A DNA stretch of 62,937 nucleotides, counting the filler, from Octopus bimaculoides (taxonomy: Eukaryota): assembly GCF_001194135.2 (NCBI RefSeq). It is 6 parts of 6 records of this genome, joined end to end, with 100 filler letters (N's around TTAATTAATTAA, not from the genome) between each part and the next. Parts side by side here need not be neighbours in the genome. Positions count along the whole stretch, not along the records: positions 1 to 14,691 come from NC_068986.1; 5 more parts are not named here. One strand, 5' to 3'. A program made the position numbers and the translations under genes. Under the pieces are notes generated by a model. That model had not been told where the DNA came from. It saw only the letters and a list, made by a program, of their open reading frames with translations, and made no database searches. Of this stretch, positions 1 through 13,372 are shown piece by piece (the stretch's first letter is position 1; each line of letters opens with the position of its first letter).

Positions 1-69
1 TGTCTCTTGAGGTTTCTGGGTGAGACTTGGAGCCAACTTGTACAAATGTAAAGCAAAAGTCAAACATAA

Positions 70-118
70 AATAATGATAATAATAATAATAATAATAATT
101 GGCCAATAAAACGAATTA

Positions 119-178
<60 letters not shown>

Positions 179-179
179 G
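70..179. repeat. (AAT)n and (ATT)n tracts separated by a GGCCAATAAAACGAATTA LINE-like 3' terminus
   Basis: Tracts seen directly. The same terminus recurs at about 48628-48650. Confidence 0.8.
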
Positions 180-345
180 ACCACAAGGGACTCAGAAATA
201 TCTAGGACAATATAAAAACAAAGGACAATGGGATGACTTGTGGTGTTATATTGAACAGTTGCTATCACGCGTAGAACGAGTCCGGTTATCGACTAACTTT
301 ATGAGGAAGATTGCCCCTCCGCCTCACTTTGGTCAGGAAGGCAGT
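180..345 (-). mobile_element. Putative L1/Tx1-like LINE 3' end
   Basis: Minus strand ends ...gtcccttgtggtcaataataat, similar to the ttgtggccaataaa...(att)n terminus at 48.6 kb. Confidence 0.4.
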
Positions 346-1831
346 TACTTTTCTTCTGTCTGGTGTCTCTGATGGATTGGTGGAAAAGATTTTATGTGGA
401 AGAGACTGAAAGGACTACAACAGATATTTTCCTCTTCAGCAGAGCCCTCATCCATTTGAAAAAGGAAGGAAAGGATCGAGAAGGATGTGCTGCCTCCCAA
501 CCAATAACAACAATGATAGTAGTCTTTCAAAATCGCACATAATGCAACAAACATTTGATGTATTTGGTCCCCCTTTCCTGCAATATAATATTGCTATTCG
601 TAAATAACATCCGCAATAAAGCGTGGATGTTATTTATGCTGCTTTTACTTGAGATGTCTGGGTCATACTTGGGGCAGCTCGTATAAAACAAAGCTATAGC
701 AACTACGAACGATAAAGGGACTTTAGAAGGACAAATTACAAAAATGGTGAAACAAACAAAAACTTTGTTTTAAGAAGGAAGCAGTCAATATAGACAGATA
801 AATGGAATCCTATAGATCTAAGATTATTACTCTAGATTGCATGTCCATCAAAGAACGAACTGCAGGCAAACAAATCTTAACACAATGATCACATATAATC
901 ATCTAAATATCTTTGTAGAGTTTGAAGCTTCAGCGCATGCCTGCTCTTGTTGCATTCCTCCTTTCAACTTTTCATGGGGAAAAGCCCTTAAATGGATTTT
1001 ACTGTTGAATAGTAACTGGGATTGGATGCTTAGTGTTGAGCCGCCAGGGCCAGCTAAGTCGATCTTGAATGCTCCATATCAAGGCATTTCATTTTGGAAC
1101 TCTGAGATTATTATATGGTCCTTTAGAGGGTCATGAAAACTTTTATGTTCATAATGACTCACTCTATTACAAACAACCGATGACCAGCCCGTATTACCCA
1201 AGTACCAAACTGACTACCAGTTGATGACGTCTTTGATATGCTTGATGGTAACTTTTGTATTTCTCCTCAAATAATGTGGGATTAGTTTAATAGCAGGTTT
1301 ATCTTTTACTATTAGGAATAGTGCTTTTACTCAGTACTCAATTTTGAAGAAAACACTATATAGCAACATATCCTCACCTTTTTTTCAAAGAATTTTTTTA
1401 CCTCGCGTATCTGCGAGGGCTACCTCTAATTACACTTCGGATTGCTTCAGGTTGATATAACGAAAGCCTCACAACTATCACCTTGGAAAGCATATTTATG
1501 TTATTTTCTTCTCCTCTCACGTGCCTGGATAATAGATTCTAGGAGAGGTGCCTAGCCTATAAAACAAAATATTTTCACACATTTCTTCCCTGTCAAATTA
1601 ATGCATGTCTAGGTCTTCTAGTTGTAATCTATGCTCACGAATGATGAATCCTGGTATGTATTTATTTTGATATAGTACGCGTATGTATGCTAGTATTGCT
1701 GTCAAAAATTTTTTGTATAGTGTTGCTGTTTTTTTTTTTAATGAAAGTTTTCTTTCTTTTTCATTTTCGAAAATTTTTATGTTCCTGTGTTCATTAATAT
1801 TCGTTTAATGCAATTTATCAAGACAGGGTAT

Positions 1832-2040
1832 GATGGTGAACTGGCAGAATCATTAAAACGCCGAATAAAATGCTTAGCGGCATTTCTTCCGACTTTACAT
1901 TCTGAGTTCAAATACTACCAGAGCCGACTTTCCCATCCCTTCGGGGTTGATAAAATAAGTTTCAGTTGAGCTCCGGAGTCGATGTAATCGATTTAGCCAT
2001 TCCCTCGAAATTTCTGGCTTTGTGCCAAAATTCGAAACCA
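1832..2040 (+). mobile_element. tRNA-headed SINE with Meta/MESC-type core (family 1)
   Basis: A-box-like GGCAGAATC, B-box-like GAGTTCAAAT, core CATCCYTTCGGGGTYGATAAAATAAGT, 3' GGCCTTGTGCC. About 15 copies in the window. Confidence 0.85.
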
Positions 2041-4365
2041 ATATATTAAAACAGGCTAAAAATATGTGGTACTCAAAATAATTCGAAATAAAGACAATCC
2101 ACTCAAAAAGTGGAGAGAAGGCACTACCTAGGTTCTTCATGATTCTGTGAAAAACTTTCAATTCTGTCACCTTCAGTAAACTGGGTGCTCTGTTAGCCGA
2201 AGAAGATTGAAGAGATTCACACCATCTGGTCCGTTTGTCTCAGTTATCGATAACCGGCAATGTGGTTTTCAACAACTCTCTATTCAATTGAGACACCTGG
2301 TAATTGCATCCCATCTCTCCCCTAAGTCAACAAAATGCTTTATTTCTACTCTTTTAGATTTATTATCAAGACATGTAGGCTATAAGTTGCCCAATAAATT
2401 ACAGTACAGCTCATGAACGCTGTAGATATGGGCATCTAATCGTGGGGAACTTTCGTTTCCCGACAGTCTCTCGCCTTTCGCTTGTCTCTATCACCTTCCT
2501 ATTGCTGAAAGAAGATAATATGGTTCCTGTGCTGATGGCTGAGAAAATGAAGCATTTTCATCTCTTCCAGTTCTGATTAAGCATTGATACGCGGCCGATG
2601 GTACTCTGAAAATAGAGATAGCAAAAGCCATTTTCTTCACCTTTGGGCTTGTTGCTACCACTCCTGCTACTCTCTTCTGCCCTCTTCCTATACCTTTTTC
2701 TTTTGTTGTCTCTTCTGCTGGAAAAAAGGGCCTCAAGTGGGCTTTTCCTATCACATGTGTTGCAATTAGGCCTTTTACACTGCACAACCAGTCTGATTTT
2801 CCCCCTACAATTCCACTATGGGATACAATCCCGGGATAACATTTTGGTTATTCGGGCTCATCAGGATCTAGTTATTCATGCAAACTCCACAGATCCTATG
2901 TTGTTGCGGATCCTCTCCATGCTTACCACATATCCTAACTGTGCTACAAAAACGATGACGAACTGAAGTCCAGCATCCGTACTGATAAATCTGACCGCGA
3001 GCCTCACAGTCTTCATATAGTTTGACTCGTGTAATCTGGCATCAGCCTGCGGGTAAGCAAGTAAAAAAACACTAATCCCACCCGTCATATCGCATGCATT
3101 TTGGTTGTAAAAACCAATCATACGTGTCTAATCCATGAAAGCCCACATTTTGCTATGCAGTGGAGAATGCTTGCTCGAACTACTATTTCGAGGACAAATG
3201 GAAGGTACTCATATTTAAAGAAAAAAACAAAGCTATGCCACCTTCACTCATTCTCTCATATATAAGTTCGTCAGGAACGGAGGCACTGCCTTTTTCGAAA
3301 TATTTCGTCGATTGCTTTTTTTTTTATTTTGACCTGGTTTCAAGTTGAATCGCTTCTTTTGGTTTGCAGTGTCTGGAAAAAAAGAATGAACATGGTTGTT
3401 GTTGGTCTTGTTGTTCGCACCGTTTTCTATATCATTAATGTCTTCTAAATTATTTTTTGCGTTTTACATTAGATAACTGTACTACTTACGATTATATTGA
3501 TTTACTTAATCTAGACTATTGTTGCAAGGATTGTGATAAGTACCTTTTCCTGCTACTTCAAAGTGCATTTGAAACCATGGGTAACAACACAAATGCTTTA
3601 TACTTATAATTTATATGCATCTATAAATTTCTAAATACAAAACACTTTTCTACTCCTGGTAATGAGTTGGAACCTCAAACAATCTGAAAGCCTTCCATTA
3701 CTAAACTAGGGAAAAACAAAACAACCTTTTCCCCATAGGATAATCCGGTTAAATAATTTCTTTGCGAAACTCTGGCGTAGACGTCCGTTCGCTTATATAA
3801 CCACAATAATGAGAATGTGGCAATAGTGAAGTATACAATAAATTTAGCATTCCGTTCGAAAAGAAAATAAAGATAACACTTAATTTACATAATTGGAAAT
3901 GTTAATAATTATTATTCTCTTAAATTAAATATTGGCTTTGTTTTGACTCGACTCAAAGAAATTGCATTTTTAATGAAAGGAGAAATATGATTACATGACA
4001 TTCGTGCCTTTCTCAAGAGCATCACTCACGTACATGGAATATGTCATACTTTCACTTTTACTCNNNNNNNNNNNNNNNNNNNNNNNNNNNCGCATACAAC
4101 AACAACAAAGAAAACTCCCACCTCGATCTCTTCGACCCATCTGTCCTGCATACACATTCCATACACACAGAATCTCAGAATATCATCAGTCTCTTCAGAT
4201 AACCAGTCACGGTGGAGTTTCTGTCATTTCTCCCAAACAGTTTGATCCAAAACTCAGCTCCTATATTTACAAAATCTTAAATCTATCTTTTTTTACTGAA
4301 ATATACTCCTTTATTTTGATATACACTAGAGGATAACCCATTTCTCCAACTGCCAGTCTCCTTAA

Positions 4366-4588
4366 TCCTTTTGTTACCGTATTTATTTTGAGATGCTCTG
4401 TGTTTCTTTCAATTAATTTTAAATGTAACAAAGAATATAGTAAAATAACTTAGTTATCATTAAACTTGTGTTAAGAACATAAACTGTGACCTAAGGTTTG
4501 GTGGATGATTTTAATTCAAAATTAATGAAAACAATACATTTATACTACAAGGCCAGAGGCGCTTTCAGCTGGGTTGGTATCAACAGGG
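4366..4588. mobile_element. piggyBac-like MITE
   Basis: TTAA on both sides (4362-4365, 4589-4592). Imperfect TIRs TCCTTTTGTTACC / GGTATCAACAGGG. Confidence 0.7.
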
Positions 4589-4645
4589 TTAAACTTTCAT
4601 AGCTATCATCATAACAGTCTCACTTTCAGCATCTCAAAGGTAGAA

Positions 4646-4850
4646 GACGGCGAGCTGGCAGAATCGTTAACGCACCGGGCAAAAGCTTAGCGGCATTTCG
4701 TTCGTCTTCACGCTCTGAGTTCAAATTTTACCGAGTTTGCCTTTAATACTTCTGGGGTCAATACAATGAGTTCCAGATAGGCACTGGGATCACTATAATC
4801 GACAAACTCCATCCCCCTAAATTGCTAGCCTTGTGCCGAAATTTGAAACC
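4646..4850 (+). mobile_element. Family 1 (Meta/MESC-core) SINE
   Basis: Similar to the 1832-2040 copy. Confidence 0.85.
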
Positions 4851-5794
4851 AATCTGTCAAACGTGGTAGAAACTGTTGTATTTTTCTTTCCTTTCAGAAT
4901 GAATACAAAATTCGTTTCCATAGAACCGGAAATACGAGGGCTCTAATAATTTATATTGTACACTTACGGTCTCGGAGCGTTTATGTCACAAGATATTAAA
5001 TTCTTGTAGGCTCTACTCTCACGGTCTATGCCTTTCATAACTTCGAGAAAGGAAGATTCCTCACAAATCAAGCAGTTGCAGTATGTAATCGGTGAAGATA
5101 AAAAGATACAATATAGACCCTCACATAAGGCATGCATCGCTTTTATAAATAAAAGCCAAGAAACCATAACCTAATGAGTACGTGAAAACCTAATCTACTT
5201 CAACGACAAAAACAATCCCGCTAAGTACTTCTTAAAAACAGCTAAAAAGCATACGCTTCCACGACTTTATTCACCATACACAAATAAACTTTTCACAAAT
5301 CTTATAAATGCTCAGCTTCGTAACGTTTTATGACATTTAATGAAACCTAACACCTATAGTCAAAACTGCACCTTCAAGGCTATCTTCCTTCTTAAACGGT
5401 AGTAATACTTCAATTTTCATGAATTGTAGACCTTTCACAAATCGTAAATGCGATCCATATTGCTTGCATGTTTGGGACGATATAGTTACTATAAATATGC
5501 ACATTCTACATAGTTAAACCTTCACTTAAATATACTCAGCAACTCCTAAGCCCACGGACATATTTTGTCCTATTGCCTTTCTCTGTCCTTAGGATTCCAA
5601 ATCATAGTTTTCTGTAGTAGCAGCCTGTGCACCATTCCCTAACCAAACTATCCAATAATTTCTCTTGTTCTTTCGCCATACGTTATATGTTTCACTCCCT
5701 GTAACCGTTGAACGAATAACTTTGACCAAGTCTTTCTTCCAAGAGCTGTGAAAATATTCATCTCTCTCTCTTTCTCTCTCTCCCCCCTCCCCAT

Positions 5795-5844
<50 letters not shown>

Positions 5845-6819
5845 GCGCGTGTGTGTGTATGCATACGCTTTCGCTGTATGTATCAATATATTTAGATCTA
5901 TACATGTATGGAAAACAGGCTGGGAGCGTTAACAGCAAAGTCTAAGACGGTCGGCATAGACAAACGTTATTGGCCTTTTTCTTGGAAGTAATGAGTTTTT
6001 TGATAAGATGACTCAAAACTAAATCACGGCCTTCAACCTTCTAAACCGTTTCCCTACATTTTTCGCCATTCAATTATGTTAAATAACAAATAACACATTT
6101 TTTTTTCTGAATATCTCAAACGAAACAATATCTAATTGGTAAATTTTAAAGTGATTATTCTTACCGATGTTTTTTTATTAAATTTTCTGACAAATTAACA
6201 ATTCTTGATTTTCCTCTATTATCGATCTTCTATTATTTATCAATGTAGGAAAAAATCACGAAGGGAGAGTTGCCTCGACGAGTATTTATTTCTATACTTG
6301 AAAACAACTAGTGGTAAACAAGAAAGAAAAAGAAAGAAACGATAAAATAAATCAGAAACCAGAGATTTCGAATTGAATGATTCAAAAGTTTGGACCAAAA
6401 TGAGATTACAAGATTGTACCATATCTTTGACATTTGAGGTTGTTAATGTCTAGAGAGGTTAGGGTTTCTCTCATTTCTATAAGTCCACCACTACAAGTAT
6501 TTTCATACTTGCTAACGAATAAATATGTGTTCGTAATCGCTTTCTTACTATGAAAAATAAACCGACACTGATTCATTAATATCACTTGACCGGCTGGAAA
6601 TAGCAGTCAAACTCCCTTAAAGCCTAACGAACAATATCCGTATGCAATTTTCGCGCGAGATTAATATTAGATTTTATCGTTATTATATACACTTGTTACG
6701 AATGGTTTCCCACATAGGCATAAAATATACCTGGAAAATTTCAATGTATACATATTTCCCAAATGAAGTGAAATTTCATGACCATAAAATAAAGTTGCAA
6801 TAAAAAAAATAATAGTTGC

Positions 6820-6872
<53 letters not shown>

Positions 6873-6886
6873 TAATGATGATGATG

Positions 6887-6951
<65 letters not shown>

Positions 6952-6995
6952 AATAATAATAATGATAATAATAATGATAATAATAATGATGATAA
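6820..6995. repeat. (AAT)n/(GAT)n microsatellite
   Basis: Seen directly. Confidence 0.95.
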
Positions 6996-8164
6996 TCGAT
7001 TACAAATCGTATCGCGATCTTCTTATTGTCTATTTACCTTCGTGAAGAGTTACGTCAATCTTTATAAAATAATTATAATAATATGATAATGATGATGATT
7101 TGATTAAACAGAAGCTTTAGAATATGAACTCATGATGTTCCTGAAAATAAAGCTCTTAATATTAATATTAACTGCTCCAACTTGTAACAGAATAAAAATG
7201 CAATTTAACGCAGTGGGCTTCACTAGATCATAAAATATCACAATATAATCCTTATTAGATATGTTATGACAACGTAAACATATTAAAATACATTTAGAAA
7301 ACAATCAAATCTCACAAGCAGTAATTCCAATTTCGCAGTTTCATGAATAAATGAATAATAAAATGTATAAAGTGTTTCAACTCCGAAAGGCTGGCTTGTA
7401 GAACTGCGAAGACAATATGTATCAGAGTATGGTGACTGGTTTTTTTTTCTCTCGAGGCAAAGAAAGAAGAATTCCATTATAATAGGTGTTTGATGTATCG
7501 TTTGATTATATCAGTAGAGAGTTATTCAGCCAGAGATCAATGGGAATGTCATTTCTGTATCTTGAATCGCAGAAAGAGAAATCCCTGTGGCAGCATTTAG
7601 TTCAGTGTAAATGCTGGTAAGTCCTTACAGTGTAGGAGGTTAAAATAACTACAAGAATTCCAACCTCGGAAGTTTTGAATAAAATAAAAGTACAAGACAG
7701 ATCTCAGTATTTTAGTGTTTAAAACCAGTACTGTGTGTATAACTAAAAATTTAAATGTTTGTAGTGGATAAAAAGTCTACTTTTCATCTCTTGATGTTGC
7801 ATGTTCGTATCGCGGAGGTGGAGCATTCTTCGATTTGCTGGGAAAGGGACTGAAGTCATTTTTGTTTTGGTTACTACTTGGCAAACGAGGAAATCAGACT
7901 ACAGATTACACAGTATAGAGTAGTGAGAGACAGGACTGATAGTATTGATGGTATACTATCTCAGGGGTCAATTCCAAGCTCGAAAAATCTTGGAAAATAC
8001 TTGCAGAAAAATTAACATATTAACATACATGCAGCGGAAGCCGCGATCGCAGATCGCAACCGGGCATCGGCCCGCAAAAAGGCGTTCGACAACAGCCGCG
8101 GCCCCGCATCGCCGGCGCCCGCTCTGCATGCGGATCGAGGCGTGCAGCGGCTTCACGTTCCATA

Positions 8165-8645
8165 GGCGCAGGCGTGGCTGTTTGATAAGAAACTTGCTTC
8201 CCAACCACATGGTTTTGAGTTCAGTCCCACTGAATGGCACCTTGGTCAAGAGTCTTCTACTATAGCGTCGGGCCGACTATAGCCTTGTAATTGAATTTAG
8301 TAGTCGGAGACTGAAAGTCAATCGTGTATGTGTGTGTGTGTGTGCGTGTGTGTGTGTGTGTGTGTGTGCGTGTGCGCGCGTGCGTGAGAGAGAGATTGTG
8401 TGTGTGTGTGCGTGCGTCCGTATGTGTGTCTGTGCTTGTCCCCCCCCCCGTCATCGCTTGATAACCGATACTACTGTGTTTATATCCCCGTAACTTAGCG
8501 GTTCGGCAAAAGAAACTGATAGAATAAGTATGAAGCTTTTAAAGAATAAGTCTTGGAGTTGATTTCTTCGACTAAAGCCCTTTAAGGCGGTGCTCCAGAA
8601 TAATCGCAGTCCAATGACTGAAACAAGTAAAAGAATAAAAGAATA
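8165..8645 (+). mobile_element. tRNA-headed SINE with CORE-like CCTTGGGCAAG segment and internal (GT)n (family 2)
   Basis: Head GGCGCAGGCGTGGCTG...GAGTTCAGTCCCACTG, then GTAACTTAGCGGTTCGGCAAAAG...GGTGCTCCAG...ACTGAAACAAGTAAAAG. About 10 copies in the window. Confidence 0.85.
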
Positions 8646-11429
8646 AAATAAAGTTTAATTGAAGGACTCAACTACCGGATTTCTCTCATTGGCTACGAGC
8701 ATGTTTATACTGTGTTACAATAGGATGAATTATAAACGAAAGAAATAACTTTCCATAGAGAAAATAAGTATTTCGAATAATTACTGTCACCGCTATCTTA
8801 ACTGTAGCTACAAGCATTGAAAGAAATCAGAGACTGGGTTATGATTTTCAGTTTTCTTATCACCATTAAACCTATCTTGAGAATATCCCAGTAGCTTTAA
8901 ACGTCCGCTGTTTGTCTTGCATTACATCGCTTCACTGACGCTATTGATGTATTTTATTTGGTTGGGGGTAGTGAATCGAAGAATTACACAGCATTTTCTT
9001 TTTTTATCTTCCCTCCTCTGAAAAATAAGTCATAATTATCGTATCTTCTGCAAATCAGTTACTCTGGTGTATTTTAGAGATATTCTATATAGGCAATACC
9101 TAAATATCCTAATTTTATCTTCGTATAATAACTAACCATGAGTTGGAAAAGAGAATATATGCATAGGCATCCTGCATCTAATATTTCCGCAGCAAATTTC
9201 TTACTGATCTATTCCAATTTCAAAACGTTGATGCAACTGTAATTTTAAGCAACGAAAGAAAAGCCCCACAAAGTAGTTGATATAAAACAAAAGGGGCTTT
9301 TGTTACTTAATTGATGACACAAAATTTGAACATCCTATACTAAATATGATATTTGTAATGCACCAGATTAGTGTTTGCAACAAGAGACGGTATAAAGAAG
9401 TCGGATACATCATTGACAATAAAGTAGGAGGTAGATGGGTGTAGAAACAAAAAGAAAAAAAAAATGAATGAGAAAAGAATCAACAATAAATAGGGCATGA
9501 TTTTTTTAAAAAGTCAGACAAAATAGAAAAGAAAAAGGTAAAGAGAAATGAACAAAAATGAGAACGAAGAACGAAGAAAATAAATAAAAGGTTAGCCAGA
9601 AACAGTGGGATAGCAAAGAATAAGTGAGAAGGTGAACATATCGATCGCGCATTAGGTGGAATGAACGAGAAACATCCATAGAGAAAAGTAGGAAGGAACA
9701 AAAGGAAAAGAAACACGATAGTAGTGTGATAAAACGGAGGGAAAAGAACAAAGAAGACAAAACGGGTATGAATCATAATATATTATTGGTGTGCTTGTCT
9801 CTTATATTTTCAACATTCATACCAATTTCCATGTTTTATTTCACTCGGAAGTGTGTAGAGAGCGGAAAGTAACTAATTTTGTCGCCATACTTTAGGAATT
9901 GATTCTGTTGAAGCCACGTGACCTGCATCACAGGCGATGTACTTTAATGTTTTTTTAGACCAGATTCTTTAGGTCTTCCGAGATAAAACAGATAAATATA
10001 ATGCAGTCAGTGTATGATTAGATGCAAAAAAGAAACAGCTTATATGTATGAATGTATGTATTTGTGTATGTATGTGTGATGTAAATAGGTGTACGTGTGT
10101 GTGCGTGCATGCGTGCGTGCGAGCGCATACGCAATGCCGATAAAACTACATTTTTCTCTATCTGCAGAAAACATTTTCTGCTTCATTACTATGTGTATTT
10201 CTACGACCTTCAGCGAATTTTCCACCTTTGTCTTTCACCAAGTTTAGTGGTTCTGACAACTAATCCGTTATATTAATCAAACGTCTTTCTTTAAACACAA
10301 ACCTCAACATGTCATTCTATGTCCTCTCTTACAATTGATTTTTTTCCGAATGCATACACTAAGTAAGTAAATTGTTATTTCATTATTTATTTGGAGAAAA
10401 AGATATAATAATGTGGTCGGTGCGGATGATTTACAAAATGTTTTCGCTAATATATTTGCGAAATGCATGAACACTACAACATCCCATTTCCCTTCACCGG
10501 AAAAAGAATCACGTTAAAACAACCATTATTGATTTTGTTTTTGCTTAAAAGGAGGCTTATTTTATTTATCTATTTTTGTACACTCGATGAAATCGATCCA
10601 AGTACTATGCTGCCGCTTGTTTCAACCACCGAGGAATCAAGTGATAAAAGGTAAAAAATTATCCAGTCAGAATATGAATTCGAATCGGTTTAAAACCGAA
10701 TTGGTTGCCACAAATTTCAACGGTGACATCCTATTGTCTCGGGCAGTTATTCTGCCTTCAACCTCTGTAAAAATATTGTTATATTAAAAGTTATCGATAC
10801 TCTCATGCGAAGGTAAACCATTGGAAAACCGACCACGAAACGGATTCTAAAAACATAACCACCCTATGTCAGAATCACCCCCACCATGATTTCTTGTTAT
10901 TTCTCGTTTGGAAATATGAGAATTAACGCAATGAATAAAATCATAATTTTCTTTTGCTATTTCCTGTCGTTTGACTGAGGGCATGCTATGGAATTTTCCA
11001 CGTAAGTATTCAGATAAAATAGGAAAAAATCTGAAAGTGTCTGATACGACTTGCACAAGAATATAAATTAACGCTTATGAAATAACTACTTTGAAGAAGC
11101 TGAACTAGATCAAGGTGTCTACTGATAGGACATAATCGCTAAACGACAAATATTTAATAATAATGTATCTGTTCCTCCTTAATACGTTTTGGCAGATTCG
11201 AACGTGAATGTCAAATCACTGCTTTTTTTAGGCCCCGGAGAACGCCTCTTCACTTTAGATTGATGTAGCGATCAGTTATTCAGATCCGAATCTTTCAGAA
11301 CATATTAAGAATGAACAGATACGTTATTCTTTTGATTTTCGAGTTTTCGTTATTGTTTGGATTTTCCGGTACATCATTGAATTACTATTTCTTTCGTGAT
11401 TCCTATAAATATGGGCTGATGTAGGGTCG

Positions 11430-13330
11430 GAAATTGGTCAGAATAAATGTTATATGGTTGTGAAAAGGGAGAGAACTATAAACCAGACTAGTAACATATC
11501 CATCAATAATTTGACAGTTTCCCCTATATCTGATGAGGAAAGTATCTAGGGGTGGATGAAAAGATATATTACAATGTCACCCGTAACAAAACATGTATCA
11601 CTAAAGAATATTACAGCCGAATAGAGAAAATTTGGACCTCAGAACTCTCTGCAGTCAATAAAACAGTGGCCCACAGTGTGTTTGCAGTGCCAGTGCTATA
11701 CCAATATTTGGGCTGCTTGATTAGATGCTTGATGAGATCCGAGCCATTGATGTGAAAACTCGAAAAATAGTAACAAGCGCACGTAATTTCCACATAAGCA
11801 GTGACGTAGACGCCTCTACCTAAAACGAAAACAAGGCAGCAGAGGTTTAACATCGATCCAAAATGCCCTTGAATGTCATATGATATACTTTCGGCTACAC
11901 TACATCTTTTGAGCACCAAGTGTCGAAGTGCATCCCTTGACCAAGTTTTCATACATGAGGCTGATAACATCATAAGACTTGGAAGGCAGCACCTTGAGCA
12001 ACATTCCTTGCCTGAGAACCTCGACTCTACTGCAACATATCATCAGATGAAAATATGAGCCTGTATGAGCAGAAGACTATGCATGGCTATCAGAGTAGAA
12101 AGTTCCGAGATGATAGTAATATTGATCATCAAAGCAGTCTATCATGGACCAAAAACCAGATAACTATCTCCCACTTTGCAGGATATGCGTTTGCAATCCA
12201 GGAACAAGAAATATCAACCAAATATCTGATGCAGAAAAAGCAGTAAAATCTGACAACCGATGCAGTCTTTGTGGGGTTAACACCGAAGATATCACCCACA
12301 TCATAAGCAGTTGTCTGAAAATATCATCACAGTATTATCTACCGATGAGAATGATGTTGTAGCTAAGAGAGTCAATAATGAAATCCGTCGGAAGGATAAC
12401 TCCGAGGACAAAGAAATAAGAACCCACAGCTCGGTAGAAGCCATAGCGAAACATAATAAAAAGGAGTACTGGTGGAATGTCTCAGTGGAGACCTCAATAA
12501 AATGTAAACACAAAAGATCTGATATAATGATTTGGGATAGAGAAGAGAAGCTGTGCACAGTTGCGGAAATTAACTGCCCAGCGGATGTTAACATAAAGCT
12601 GAAAATAGTGAAAAACTATTGAAAAATCTGCAGGTATTCTATCCAGGTTACAAGTTCGGGTTTATATCTGTAACTATTGGTGCCCTGGGATATGTAACAC
12701 ACTGCCTAGATTCCTATCTTGAGAAATTAGGTTTCTCAAAACCAGAAAGGAGAAAGCTAATTCAAAAACTACAGATCCAGTCCATCACCTGAATAGTAAA
12801 AATCTGTAAAACTTTCCAGAAGCTTATCATTTAAGTATCTATTTATTTATTTCCCACAGGAGGCTAAACATAGTGGGGACAAACAAAGACAGACAAAGGG
12901 ATTAAGTCGATTACATCGACTCCAGTGCGTAACTGGTACTTGTTTAATCGACCCCGAAAAGATGAAAGGCAAAGTCGATCTCGGCGGAATTTGAACTCAG
13001 AATGTAACGGCAGACGAAATGCCGCTAAGCATTTTGCCCGGCGTTCTAATGATTTTGCCAGCTCACCGCCCTGCTTATCATTTAAGTATATATGAGCATG
13101 TGTAGATATGCAAATATCGGCGTGAGAAAACATACATAAAACAAAACATGCAAATCTGCACACACACACATACATACATACATACATACATACATACATA
13201 CATACATACATACATACATACATACAATCAAACAAAATACCCTGTTGTTGATGTTGAAGTTTCAATGAAGGAGCCTTGGATCTAAATTAGAAATCTGCTA
13301 TTTCTCTATTGGCAATAACATACATACAAA
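11430..13330 (+). mobile_element. 5'-truncated, frameshifted non-LTR retrotransposon with restriction-like endonuclease (R4/Dong-like)
   Basis: Piecewise peptides: RT C-terminal part (YLGVDE, KIWTSELSA.NK, RLYL.R..G.RGL), CCHC knuckle CSLCGVNTEDITHIISSC, nuclease region KRSDIMIWDREEKLCTVAEINCP, terminal IGALG. The 3' UTR contains (ACAT)n. Confidence 0.85.
12839..13072 (-). mobile_element. Family 1 SINE nested in the R4-like element, with a 17-bp TSD
   Basis: GCTTATCATTTAAGTAT is duplicated exactly at 12822-12838 and 13073-13089. Confidence 0.9.
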
Positions 13331-13341
13331 CATATGTGAAT

Positions 13342-13372
13342 ACTAGCTGATGTACCCGGTAAATCACGGGAA
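13342..13372 (-). mobile_element. Helitron-like 3' terminus (hairpin + CTAG)
   Basis: Minus strand CCCGTGATTTACCGGG hairpin followed by TACATCAGCTAG|T. The 5' end was not located. Confidence 0.5.

Noticed and set aside
5589-5746. Possible terminal exon (ttttcacag, then SWKKDLVKVIRS...YDLES*)
   Set aside because: No similarity to RFX C-termini. Another frame (QRLQGVKHITYGERTREII) resembles LINE RT C-termini, so a retroelement relic is more likely.
10655-10757. Possible minus exon VEGRITARDNRMSPLKFVATNSVLNRFEFIF*
   Set aside because: Acceptor only, no homology, and it cannot be tied to the RFX6 frame.
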